In this document: positions 51,113 through 64,000 of the stretch, piece after piece
How positions within the stretch are numbered: position 1 is the stretch's first letter
Layout: every line of letters starts with the position of its first letter
Assembly (NCBI RefSeq): GCF_902459465.1
Contig: NC_047073.1
Location: 16,492,001 to 16,556,000, forward strand
DNA from: Asterias rubens
Taxonomy: Eukaryota
Reading direction: 5' to 3'
DNA: 64,000 bases
Program-made: the position numbers and the translations under genes
Notes under the pieces: generated by a model
What the model was told of the DNA's origin: nothing
Databases searched by the model: none
The model's input: the letters and a program-made list of their open reading frames with translations, nothing else

Positions 51113-52690
51113 TGTGCCTGTGATGGTAATGCTTAGTCGTTTGCTACACTGCAAATAATTATTATGAAAGAAGCAATTGTTTGTTTTGTTATTACTGAGC
51201 GAACCATGGAGGGCGCTAGTGGCAAGCATGTTACAGACTTTCCACGGTGTGCATTCAATAATTACGGGGTGGGGGGGGGGGGGGGCGATTAACAGAAATT
51301 TGATACAAGATTTAAAGTTACATGGTCCGATTTTCGTCGAAAGAATTTTGTTTAAAATTTCAATTTTTCTCTGAGCGAATTTTGACAGATGGTGCAATTT
51401 TCAAATCAGAACCTCGACAATAATCCATTGTTTCTTTTCGTGTAATTTCCTAAATTAAAGCTTACTGAAAAAAGACCAGTTGGGTTCAAATTTTCACAGG
51501 TTTGTTATTTTGTAAATAATATGTTGAGATACCAAGTGAGAAAAATGGTATTTGACAACTACCAAAGGTGTCCAGTGTCTTTAAATAAATAAGATGCCAT
51601 CGATTGAAGATTTTCTAGTTTTAATTTAATTAGGCAATGGAACCACAAGCAAGGAAATGATTCATGTGCTTTCCGCACTCTGCACTCTGAAGTTTGTAAG
51701 TATGACGTAGTTCCTAAAGCCAAGCCCACATGCCGCTGATCACTACCAACGTGAAGACATTGAGAAAGGTTTTCAAATAGTTACTCTGAAAGGAAAACAT
51801 AGTTGGTCGTGCCTTTCCAAATAGATCTATAGAGAATGAGGTCTTCGGTCTCCAGCTAATATCAGTGACATACGAACGTTCGTTGACAACTGAGAAATGG
51901 TTTGTAAATCTAAAAGTACGACATCAGGCTGGGCTGTGCGATGGACCGAGTCGCCAGTACCACGTATTACAAATCTCCAAGGACAGCCGGAAACTGATTA
52001 AAAGTTTTACAATTGAAAGTTCTATAAAAAGAGCATCGTTCGGTTCACTGAGCATAGTGAACGATATTTGCCCGTCGTGAATGATTTCCTTTATACAAAT
52101 AATGTTTTTACTATTTATTCAAATTCTGTTGATGGAATGCAAAAAATCGTGATGTTACTGGTTGTCAAAATGTAATAAGCCCATTATTGATTTCAGATAA
52201 AAATTTTAAAGGATGGTTAGTTAAATAAACAGATGAAGTGGTGACAGGATACTGCCTTCCGTGCATCGTCTCGTCCCATAGAGAGTCGGGGAAAATAGCT
52301 GTATCAACTACCCTATTCTTTGTCAAAAACCTTTTCCAAAAGAACAACATTTGTTATCTTAATTATCGGAATAATGTTTTCATTTGGTCATAAAGAGTTG
52401 ATAAAGAGTCGAATAAAGCTAGACTTATGTCAAGTGGAAAATGCCTGCATCAGATAATTATCAAAGTTGGACTCTGGAATTGATTCAAAGACAGCACAAC
52501 ATACCAGACAAATTGGTTTATCGGTTGTAATGGATACCATGATGACTCGATCCGAGAGGGTTGCTTATAGGACTACGACTGGCATACCAACAACTCTTTT
52601 ATATTGTCTCATTTACAGATTATGAAAAACAACAAACTTGTCGACAATTTGTTGTCAATCACAGAGGAAACTAGTTAAAATTGTACTTAC

Positions 52691-52950
52691 GAAAGTTCAG
52701 TCCGCCAATGTTTCCGATTACTAGCTGGAGTGCTTGAGGCCAATAGATGCACGGTGTGTTTATCAACCTACTACATGTATATGTATCAAACCCTTGATAA
52801 TTCTACATGTCATGGGCAACGCCTTAATATTATTATTCATGAATATTTATCGATCTGATTGGAAGGGCGGAGTTGTTAAAATCATACGCCGCGATTGGTT
52901 GGAACATTGGCGAATTAATCCCAATCAACCACGTGACATAAAAAGGTCAA
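52691..52950 (-). promoter_or_regulatory. Candidate first exon and promoter of calcyphosin paralogue B
   Basis: Donor TTC|GTAAGT at 52690, several CCAAT/ATTGG boxes, CACGTG and GGGCGG within 260 bp. Confidence 0.4.
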
Positions 52951-55900
52951 GAGGAAACTGAATAAAGTGTCCCTCAAAATTTGACAAAAGGCCGACCTGT
53001 CATACTTGCCTGAACGCGATGTTTAGAAAAACAAATCGAATCTAGAGGTAATATGCCACAAGAGAAACTGACTGGGAAGTGAACGGTCTCCATCATCAAA
53101 GACTAATGACATGCAGGTTATGGACGCAAGGCAGTTTGTGCCAAATAGTTGATAATACATCGTCATTTGGAATAAAAGAGACACATGGTCCACTTTCTAA
53201 ATTCCAGGAATTGTATTTCAATAGTAACGAATAATTTATTCGCTATTCAAGTTGCGGATACTCTGCATATAATTAATGAAGCGACATTCCAGCAAATTGA
53301 GGCAACAAGATGATAATACAGGACCGATTGAAGAAAGTGGACAGATGAGGAAAGGGGTTTGCTATCAAACAAACAAGTATGGGGGAGAATGGCAAAGAAA
53401 GGGTGGGGGTGGGGGGGGGGGGGGCTACTGTCACCCATCTTTAACTGGACAGCGGGTTGGACACATCCATGGAGGGCAACAACCTGCTATTATCAATTAT
53501 ATCCTTTATATTATGCACATAAATACATTATGAACTTTCCAAGATCCAATTGACAAAAAAAACCCACAACTTTATCATTAACAACACATGGGACATGGAC
53601 AAATATTTCTATTTTAAAAATTGTTATTGTCATTTATCAGTACATCTTTTATTAATAATATTATTAATAATGAATTACTTTGTTTGCCTTGATCGAATAA
53701 TGTGAAACAAACTTTGTACATGTATAGAGTCCCAGCATTGTAATTTGTGGCTTTAAGTCTTAAAAAGTATTTCAGTGTATTTGATGAATCACTATACACC
53801 TTTACTTTGAAAACTGAATATCTTGTATTGTTAACATCAATGTTATACAAGCTAAAAGCCAATACAATATTTTATCCAGTTACACATTACTCGCTGGCTA
53901 ATTTATTTTAGGCGAAGCAGCTTTTGAAGTCGGATTTTGTTTGCGCTACATTTGATTAGAATCCAATTGTCTTTTCTCTTCATTCTAATTAATTTCAGTT
54001 TATTTCATATCATTTTGAGAGACCCTGTATCATTAAAAAAAACACCAAATGAACAAACAGTTATACGATCAAGGAAAAAACACATCACCTATCAAAACAT
54101 AAAAACCCCATTCACATTTACCAATAAAACATCAGCGACAGCAGCAATCACAACTAAGCAGAAGACCTGGGGTAGATTTCAGAAAGAGCCAAGACTGATC
54201 TTACTGCAAGACACTCTAAACTGCTAAGCAAAGTGTGATGTCATCATACAACTCACTATAATAATGATTACCACTCGGCTTAAGATGAATCCTAGTGCTT
54301 TGTGAAATTGAGCCCAGGACAACTTACAAAAAATTACGAACTGATTACTAACCTTGCTAAGCAAAATTGAACAGGAAACCAGTCTCAAACACTTATATAC
54401 GCCACAGGTTAATTTGGCTGGTAACCTGTAATGCAGAGCATTAGTTTCTTAGTAAGTCTGCAAGCTTAACAGCAATATAAAATTAACCCCAGCTGTTTTT
54501 AATTACAACAATACACAGCCCATTAACTACAGTAAGGTAAGTCATCCATGATGCTACACTTCTATAGCAACTGTTACTATGGTGATATCACTGTAAACAT
54601 GACCTTCATCATCAGAGATGACTCAACGCAAGGTGGCAGTGCATTTATTTTAGGAATAAAGCTGGAGATATATTAAAACGCTGGTTAAAAAAACAACAAC
54701 ATTAAAACAGTCAGTTTAAAAGTCCTAAGATCGAATACAATAACATTAACTTGTCTTATGTTTTGTTCAAAAACAAGCTTGTAAAAACTAAAACAATATC
54801 TTGTGGAAAGTCGATTTAAAAACATTGAAATGTGTAAGTAATCACTTTCATTTTAATTCAAACACTTTACACTGATTTCCTTTGAGCCACTCACATCCTT
54901 GCAAGACACAGACAGAATAACCATTCTAAATTGAACCATAATTCACCCAAGCTATAAAATATTGAAACGGATAAAAACATCTAGAATTACAAACAGTGAT
55001 CTAAAAATAAATAGCTGTTTTTAACCCAATATAAACAAAATAATGGAATTTGATAAGGAAATGTCTTTGAGCATGGGAAATCATAGTTGTTGAGAATCTG
55101 GTCTGGACTTCAGCTACCGTTTTATGTTTTGAGTCAACCTTTTATTCTGAAGTTTAATCTTTAATTATTTTTTTATTCTGGACAGAAACATTTGAAACAG
55201 TATAAGCTTACCATCAAATGAATCTAGAATGTCAAATTTGACTCAAATTTGTGAATGCAAAACTTACTTTTAAAATTGAAAAAAAATACTGATAATTTAG
55301 ACCTTTATTTGGGATAATCACAAAAAGGACGGGTTGGTAAAACAGGAATACATAGTCACATTATTTTCAGGGTTGACAAATCTCTTTCGATACTTTTTTT
55401 AAAGATTATTTACACTTCTATGAATTTGTACAACAAAAATGTAACATGATTTCATTTTCAGACCCCTTGAAAGAAAAAAAGATAAAAATGACAATTTAAG
55501 TACGCTACAATGTGACCATACTATTCACAATGTCGCCCTCTAGAGGCTCCTGTACATACGCAGGGTTGACAAGTATGAGACATTAGGGGGCAGTAGTTAT
55601 CTCTACAGAGCTGCGTTATGAGAGTTAGCGCTATTAGAAAATGCACAATTTGGGTCCAAAACACAAGTACAAAGGGTGCCAGACAAATGTGGCCACTCTC
55701 ACAATACACAGCTCTGTTGGTCATTGTGACAAATCAGATTGACTGAGTAAGTCTACTGCCAGCGAAAGTCAAAACAAGTCTCCTATTACAATGACAAAAT
55801 GACAATTTACAATGATATCTTAAGTACATGGAATATTTACAATTACACAACACATGATCAAGTTACAATAAATCTTTTCTTAAAACTTGATTTTTACTTC

Positions 55901-56903
55901 ATGCTTAAGCGAATGCAAAGAGCATTCCCACGCACAAGTAAGAAGTTTGCATTGTTCCCACAATTTGCATGAAGTAAGAGTCAGGTTTTACTATTAATTT
56001 AAAAATGAAGACGTTATTTCTCTTCATTTTATCAATTGAAAAAAAAATTTAGCCGAAAAAAAATTGAAGAGGTAAAATGAGATCCAGAAGAATACATTTC
56101 AATTATTTCATTTTTATTTACTATACACTAATTTTTTAACATTTGACGTGAGGGGGTTGTGATTTGTATCCAAAACTAAATTCAAAACATATGAATACTT
56201 GAAAGACTGATTAAAATAGACTTTTAAATAAAAACAAAGCATATCAAAATAATCCATCGAGACTTATAAGAAGTGATTCATTCAGGAGCATCTCTTTTCT
56301 TATTTTTCTGAATTCCTTTCTTAATATTTGGTCACTGTGGCTTACCAGTCATTGGCACTTATGGTGGAATGTCTCCAACAGTCTTCAGACGCTTGTCATT
56401 CAAATGATTCTTTTTACATCAGGAATTTCCAAGACAGACGATGACTTGATCAAGGTTCAACTATTCTTCAAGAATCTTTATTTCTATCACCTGCAATAGT
56501 AAGATAAATGTTATAAGAAAGGGTATCTGAACTTTTGCAACTTGCAGTCAGAAAATATTAAGCTGCACTTTCTTTATCTTCAGAGTGATTCACCATCTCC
56601 TCATCTCAACTTGATTTTAATAACTGCTATTAAAGCCACAGCTGTTATTGTCCATGGGAAATCTGTCCCACATTAGAGGAAATTATTGTGGCTGGAAGGG
56701 GGATGATGAGAAGAAGTTTGAACACAGTTTACAGTATGGGGGGGGGAGGAGGGAGGACACACAGAATTTCCAGCCATACCAGCAAAGAACACCTAAACGA
56801 CTCTGAATTTGGGTTGAGACCAAATGGATCAGGGGTGAACAATCTTGAGAAGCGACTTGGCAGACCATTAATGCTTATTGTTATTGAAACAATGGTAAGT
56901 TAC

Positions 56904-57035
<132 letters not shown>

Positions 57036-57870
57036 TCAAATAATGCATGTTTTACCCTTAAACCAATGTGTGCTAATCACAGTCCTGTCAGTGCTTTTCA
57101 CAGTGTGTGGGGAGAGAAGCATTTATAGGCTAATAGGGTGAAATTCAAACACAATACCCCGCAGTGTACAACAGATGTCTAATTGCAAATAATAATAACA
57201 ATAAAAGTATTCATTTTTTTAACAACTATATCACAGATATCACACAGCGCTGTACAATTACAAACAATAAAAAATACAGAAAATTGTTACAAAAGAAAAC
57301 GACAATATTAAACATACAAATCAACAATTATGTTATGAAAAGTAATTTTTAAAAAGGTTAGTTTTTAGATAAGATTCAACAGTTTAAAATGTATCGGCTG
57401 ATTGAATTGCTGCTGGCGGCCTGATCCACAATGAGTGGCATATATAGAGGATGAATATCACCATAATATTTAGTTTTGGCTACTGGCTGGTTTAAATATA
57501 CCACATCGAAGATGTGCGAAGAGTACCAATAATTCACTAAGATAACCTGGGACTTTTCTCATAAGAATCTTGTAAACAAAGCCACAAAGCAACATTTACC
57601 ACCCTATATAAAAAGAAAAAAGAAAAGGGTAGCACTTAAAGACTAGAGACCGGTTCACACTTCTTGAGAATGTGAACCTATAAAAAGTTTGATGTCCCAA
57701 ATTTGCATTGAATAATTGTCATCAGTTGAAATGTGCTGAGCTCCTACGAAACATTCCCTGCAAAAACAGCTCTGTGACGTCAAAATTTGTACCGCATCCA
57801 CAGGAAGTGTAACGTAAACTACTGCTTGAGCTTTCATAGCAACAACTACTTCAATCAGGTGCTATCATTA

Positions 57871-58155
<285 letters not shown>

Positions 58156-58407
58156 TCAACAGTCAAATTAATAATTGCAAACTTTCTTTAAATTGTACCT
58201 CGCTTTTATTATATTAGTCATTATTTTGTGTACAGCGGTAAAAAACATGATGCTGTTTTAAATCTAACATTAATAATAGTAATAATAATATTATACATTT
58301 ATTTAATATAGGTACACCTTAGGTAAAACAAAACCAATTAATCCTTGAGAACAATTTATTGAGTTATCTCAACCCCATCCCAAATTACTATGAAAGCACC
58401 ATCAATC

Positions 58408-59041
58408 TAAAGGCAGTGGACACTATCGGTAATTACTCAAAATATTTATTAGCATAAAACCTTTCTTGGTAACGAGTAAGGGGGAGAGGATGATAGTATA
58501 AAACATTGTGAGAAACGGCTCCCTCTGAAGTGACGTAGTTTTCGAGAAAGAAGTAATTTTCCACGAATTTGATTTAAAAACCTCGGAATTAGATGAGGTC
58601 TCGAAATCAAGCATCTGAAAGCATTACGTCCACTATACACAAGCGTTTGAGACACGTACATTATTTGGGTGAATTCGCCGCTATTATTCATCACTGCGTT
58701 CTGAAAGTAAAAGTGTTTTTTCTTTTCTCTTACAATTATTTGGATATTTTTCTAAATTGTTATACCCACTTAATAGTTCATTTGTTGTTTGCATGTATTG
58801 TAGGATTTAATAAAATTATATTGGGCGGCTTGTTTAGGGTGTTTTATTGAGTATTATCGTAGCGTCGTAGTCACGGCTCGAAATCGTATTTGCTCTGCCC
58901 AAATCGTGTATGTTGGTACATGTATCTCTGTCATAGTTATCTCACAACTTCGACGAACAATGGAGCTGATATTTTCACAGGTTAGTTATTTTATGCATAT
59001 GTTGAGATACAACAATTACCAATAATGTCCAGTGTCTTTAA
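58408..59041 (+). mobile_element. MITE family 1 copy interrupted by about 300 bp of unrelated sequence
   Basis: Left half 58408-58622, foreign block about 58623-58930, right half 58931-59041 ending GTCCAGTGTCTTTAA. Confidence 0.75.
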
Positions 59042-59448
59042 ACACTGTGACTGTCAACTGACTTGAGAAAATAGAGTACATACTACATGTATAGCTTCTA
59101 AGAGTGGACTCAATTGATTTTGATATTAATGGCTCATGAAGATTATATGCCCGGTCAAAGGCTAAGGTTCTTTAACTGTCTCAGCTCCCTGGGGAGCATC
59201 CATGTACAGTCTGTGATGTCATGTAGTGCACTAAGAAAATCAATCCAAAAGAACCACCTTGGCACTCACGTCATCCCAAGTTCTTGCTCAAGGACATTTT
59301 GTGTTATGATTGGGTTATTTGTGTTATGATTGGGGTTCAGCTACAGAACTGTGCTCTCCACCACTCACCCATGACACCGTTATCTTTAATAAAGATTAAA
59401 TGAAAAAAAAAGACAGAAATAAGATCCAAACCATTTATTGGTTCTTAC

Positions 59449-59626
59449 CCTCAAGGATATAAGGAACTCATCAAAGTCAATAGTTCCACCTCCGTCTCTG
59501 TCAAAGGAACTAAACATTTCTTGAAGTTCCTTCATATCAAGGTCTAAACCATAATCTGAGATGCCTTTCTTGAATTCCTTGAAGTCCAATGTTCGACTAC
59601 CATCATCATCCATTATTCGGAAGACG
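59449..59626 (-). CDS. CAPSL: CAPSL exon 2 (EF-hands 1-2)
   Basis: VFRIMDDDGSRTLDFKEFKKG...FDRDGGGTIDFDEFLISLR|GTAAG, 178 nt. Confidence 0.97.
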
Positions 59627-59917
59627 CTGGAAGAGGAAAAACAAAACACGGTATAACATTTTTCCCACTGCAGGATATGGACCCTTCATTCAGTCATGTA
59701 TCAAGATTAGCTTGGCGCCAAAAGAAAAAGGCAAAATCATCTGGGCCTGATGTGATATGTTGCAAAAATACTTGGGACTTGTTTCATAATCAAAACTAAT
59801 TGACACATGACTACACGGAGAGTGAATTTTTCCACAGAGTTGACACAGCTAGTCACTTAATGCAAGTCAAGTCACAAGGCAAAACTGGAAGTTTCATAGA
59901 GAGTCTAAAGTCAAACA

Positions 59918-60105
59918 AAAAGATAGCGATTCTAGTCTGACTTAGCAATTCACATGACTCAAGTCAACAACTCCAACCATGCAACACTAGTCAGTAGCTC
60001 AATCAGGAAAAAAGGTAGCGATTCTAGTCTGACTTAACAATTCACATGACTCAAGTCAACAACTCCAACCATGCAACACTAGTCAGTAGCTGAATCAGGA
60101 AAAAA
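59918..60105. repeat. ~96-bp tandem duplication just downstream of the CAPSL exon 1 donor
   Basis: TAGCGATTCTAGTCTGACTTA...AGTAGCT.AATCAGGAAAAAAGG occurs twice. Confidence 0.88.
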
Positions 60106-60125
60106 GGAAAATGAATAAAATCTTA

Positions 60126-60296
<171 letters not shown>

Positions 60297-61180
60297 TCAG
60301 TAGTGACTCTACAGATCACTCAATATCTTGTCAATGATGAGTCGGCCCTTGGGACAAGTTCCTCCAGTGATGGGTAAAATACACCCTGTATTTTTTCAAG
60401 AAGTGAATCCTTGGATGACTTTTCATCAATTTGTTCGCAATCACCTTGGTCTACAAAAGCAAATGAAGATAAACCGTTTTCAGAATAATTAGCTTCAAGA
60501 TCATGTCAGATACAATTAGGATTATTTTCACAAAAGTTTGGTAAACTGCATGGTTAATTTATTTTAATACATTTACCATAGGCCAGAATAAAACAAAATT
60601 ATCAGTTTAGAATAATTTCTACTTTGTTCAAAACAAAAACCCTTTTAAGAGCTCATCTAATTGTAAATTAACTATCTTTCTAACAAACAAGTAAGGGACA
60701 AATATTGACAGAGAATTAGTGGAAATCGAACTTAGCAAGTTTGCCAGCAGCCAGGACTGACTTGACTGAAATAAGCAATACCCATGTACATCAACGAGTT
60801 TCATAACTGACTCTAAGCTATGATATGCCAATGTGATGAAAGCTATGAACACAAACATTTTCTGCAAAATTCTTTTTAAAATATTTTTAACAATTCCCCC
60901 AGATAAATAACCACATGTTACCGAAATCAATAACCACAAGCTGATAATAACTATAATCAATATCATGGGCTGCTAAAAAAATTGCAAAGTTAAATATAAC
61001 AATAGTATGAAATCGACAGACCTTCAGACAGATTTAAAAACCCCAATGAGATTTTATATCAACAAAAAGATAAATGCATTGGATAGTTTACTAGTGATGG
61101 TAAAATCATCCATGTTTTGCTTATTTTTTTTTAAGGGAGAATTGGTTGGCTAATACAGGGGGGGGGGGAATACACTAGAG

Positions 61181-61305
61181 TAGACCCAGTAACTGGGACG
61201 CTGTACTCCTTTTTGTTGAAATTTTGACATTCTCAATCGTACTAGTACGACAGAGAATGTCAAAATTTCGAAAAAAGGAGTACAGTGCCCCAGTTACTGG
61301 GTCTA
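61181..61305. mobile_element. 125-bp palindromic MITE with TA flanks (Tc1/mariner-like)
   Basis: TA|GACCCAGTAACTGGG...CCCAGTTACTGGGTC|TA with centre TCGTACTAGTACGA; near-complete fold-back. Confidence 0.75.
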
Positions 61306-61559
61306 GGAACACAAGCAAAGCCCACCCCCTTTTTTGTTTTACAATACAACAAAATGGAGCAAAGCAGCTGCAGCTGCATTCCTCCAACAAGCCAGCTGGT
61401 GGAAAAGTTTCCGTATGGCGCCACCACTTTTTCATTCGATATGAAATAAATACAGTATCTAATTAACCTCAATGAGATATCCCTTTTTGTAAAAATGAGT
61501 GAATAAAAGTGGTGGCGCCATACGGAAAGTTATCTCAGCTGGTACTGGCCGGCTCTGCT

Positions 61560-61678
61560 TAGCCCACCTTGTTGAGCTGTTAATGGCTCCGCTTTTAACA
61601 TCGGTCTCATCACTGTCACCATTACATCCGAGACCGATGTTAAAAGCGGAGCCATTAACAGCTCAACAAGGTGGGCTA
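61560..61678. mobile_element. 119-bp MITE with perfect 49-bp TIRs and a 9-bp TSD (Mutator-like)
   Basis: Arms 61560-61608 and 61630-61678 are exact reverse complements. GGCTCTGCT is duplicated at 61551-61559 and 61679-61687. Confidence 0.88.
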
Positions 61679-62168
61679 GGCTCTGCTATGTCTTGATAGA
61701 GGACAAAACCAAAATAGTTCTAGGAGTACTGGCTGGCATGATGGCGAATCTGCCAACAGCAGTATGGCACTCCTGATCCTGCCACCAACTGAAATTATTA
61801 TTTTTGGCATAAAATTGACATTTATACACAATTTAGTTTGGCTTTTTATCGAAATAATTTCCACCTTTATTTGTCCACAACCAGCGTGAGTCAATCAGCC
61901 CATTCTACCTCCATGATTCAATTTACAACAACTTCTTCAAAATCAAATCCTTCAACCACTGTGTCCAAAATGCCAATACTCTGGTTCAACACGCGCAGCG
62001 TCCACGACGACCACACAAAACAGTTATATTTCTCGAAAATTGTCATAAGGTGAAACCACACTACAAAACTCTGTTCAAACTTAGGAGCAAGAAATTATTG
62101 TACTCATTCGTAGTATTTACGTTCTCAAAAAAACACAGATTCAACAAAATTGTAAATATTGAGCTTAC

Positions 62169-62300
62169 CTCAGTAGAAATGTCGACTTTTCTCACGCAGT
62201 TTGTGCACGACTGAATGGCATTCCTGAAAACATGCAGCGGCTACCTGGTGACGTCACAGTGTTTTGAAGCTATGGAAATATAAACCGCCCTCTTGGGTTT
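62169..62300 (-). promoter_or_regulatory. Candidate non-coding first exon and promoter of CAPSL
   Basis: Donor GAG|GTAAGC at 62168, CRE palindrome TGACGTCA at 62249-62256 and a GC box near 62285-62290. The coding exon has an acceptor directly before the ATG, so a UTR exon is required. Confidence 0.55.
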
Positions 62301-64000
62301 AGTCTTGTCCGTGCGCGAATTGCATATGCTTTCGTATAAAAAGCGGATGAACCAGACTTTTCTGACGCGAGATAATTAATTGGTTTTAAACAGGTTGCAG
62401 TATTTTCAATAATTTGTTGGGTACTTGGCTTTCTTATCGAATGACTTGGAAACACTGCAGTTAAAACTTTCTGACTGTTTGTAAAAAAGTGTGATGAATA
62501 ATTTAACCCCCCTTTTTTTAATCACAAAACAACATAAAAAGTACAGATCCCTTCAAAAGGCAAATCTTTTAAATCTCAAACTACACAGATAGACCTCTAC
62601 TGACTACATCTTTGCATATCTTATAATCTGAGCACCATTGTCATATCCAGTATTATTTTCGTCAAACTAAGTTCATTAATCTGTAGCCTGTGTATGTACC
62701 TGTGCATTGATGCAACAAGTGAATGATTGGATTTATGTGCTATCGTATAATAGGAAATTCCACATTATGATTAATTCTAAACCCGAACCATTCCTCCAAT
62801 ACACTGAAACTCTTCTGAAAAAAGGGTTCCTTTTGAACCCCCCTGCATCATTTACCTCAATGAGGTCCCGCACATCTCTCATCAGTGACCACTATGACCA
62901 ATCTAAACAGCTGTTGTGTATGGGGCCTAGTCTTTTTCTGATTAGAAAAAATGTGGTTCTAAACCCCTGTGGGTTCAAGTTAAAAATATCCAACCTCAGA
63001 CCAGAGCAGTTATTTGGGTTTTGCTGTTCCAATCTGATTACCTTTTCCATAGTTGGGGTTTACTTCCTGAATCTGAAAACGGTATATTCTTCAACATTCT
63101 CTCCGACACAGGCAAACCTAGGTCACAGGGCAAGGGACTTTCAGGGTTCATTGGTTTTATTACCAAAAATATATAATAATAAGAAACCAGACACGGGACT
63201 TGTTCAGATTTCTACACTTTTTACTTTATTGACCCGAATTTCCAAGAGATAATAAACAATAGATCATCCTATATAACAATATTTCACAGTTTTTTACTAC
63301 AGAATGCAACAATTGCCGCAAAAAAAAATATACAAAGAGTTTATGAATTGACAACATGTTGATAGTGTTACCATGGCGATCCATGGTTTGACCCACAACA
63401 GTTTAATATACACGAGAAATTCACAATAATGATTGTTTCTTTAAGAATGACCATCTTCTTTTGAATCCCAGGGCCCAATTTCAAGCTGAGCAGATAGAAA
63501 TTGCTTGACAATATGGGTTACCAGCTGAAATACAGTGTAATGTAATTAGCTTTTGACTGGTTCCCTGATACATTGTGCAAGTAAAAGTGTTTAGCAACAT
63601 TTTCTGCTTAACAGCTTACTGAAATCAGGTGGTCCTGGACGCATTAAGGCATAAACTAATGCCAATTTAACAGGCACCAGTCTAACAATTTCAACTTCAT
63701 ACATCTTTTTCCAGTGAGGTGTTTTTTGATGCAATAACTCATATCTGTTCTGATTGTTACTATAGAAAGCCAAATAAATAGCAAAACAGCTACAGTAAGC
63801 AGTTTATACTACAAAAAGACAACTCAACAATTCCAAGTGAGTACGTAACTCAGCAAGCGGCTTCATTATGGTGGCAGAAGCCACAGCCGCATCCAGAGTT
63901 TCTCAAAGGCCCCATGTGTATTCTTTAAACTGTGCGACTTTGGCAAAGGCAGTGGCTGTTGGCTCAAGCAGCAATGTTAAATTATACAGATTTGTCATTT

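Noticed and set aside
62707-63252. 181-aa ORF
   Set aside because: No homology cues or convincing splice signals; low-complexity AACC/GGTT-rich DNA.

Overview
AT-rich, intron-rich animal genomic DNA. It looks like an invertebrate deuterostome, possibly a sea star; this is inferred from protein similarity, intron positions and repeat style, and is not verified. Most ORF-track entries are spurious. Manual splicing recovers six genes. (1) STK11/LKB1 (minus): exons 1-2, a 14.9-kb intron 1 and a U12-type AT-AC donor opening intron 2; the gene runs off the left edge. (2) A 3-exon WD40 + SOCS-box gene (plus), head-to-head with STK11, with an N-myristoylation-type start; 407 aa. (3) A complete 11-exon MFSD14/HIAT1 transporter (minus); 490 aa. 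(4-6) Three tandem calcyphosin-family EF-hand genes (minus): a conserved CAPSL orthologue (209 aa) and two divergent, N-terminally shortened paralogues (184 and 178 aa) with the same intron positions. Non-coding DNA is dense with MITE-like elements (about 10 copies of one TTAA-flanked family), SINE fragments, a Penelope-like GIY-YIG remnant and minisatellites. No CRISPR, rRNA or true tRNA is supported. The most unusual observations are a tandem array built from a splice acceptor plus exon start in HIAT1, the calcyphosin triplet with a remodelled fourth EF-hand, the candidate myristoylated WD40-SOCS adaptor facing LKB1, and a hairpin cluster containing a perfect-TIR insertion with a 9-bp TSD.
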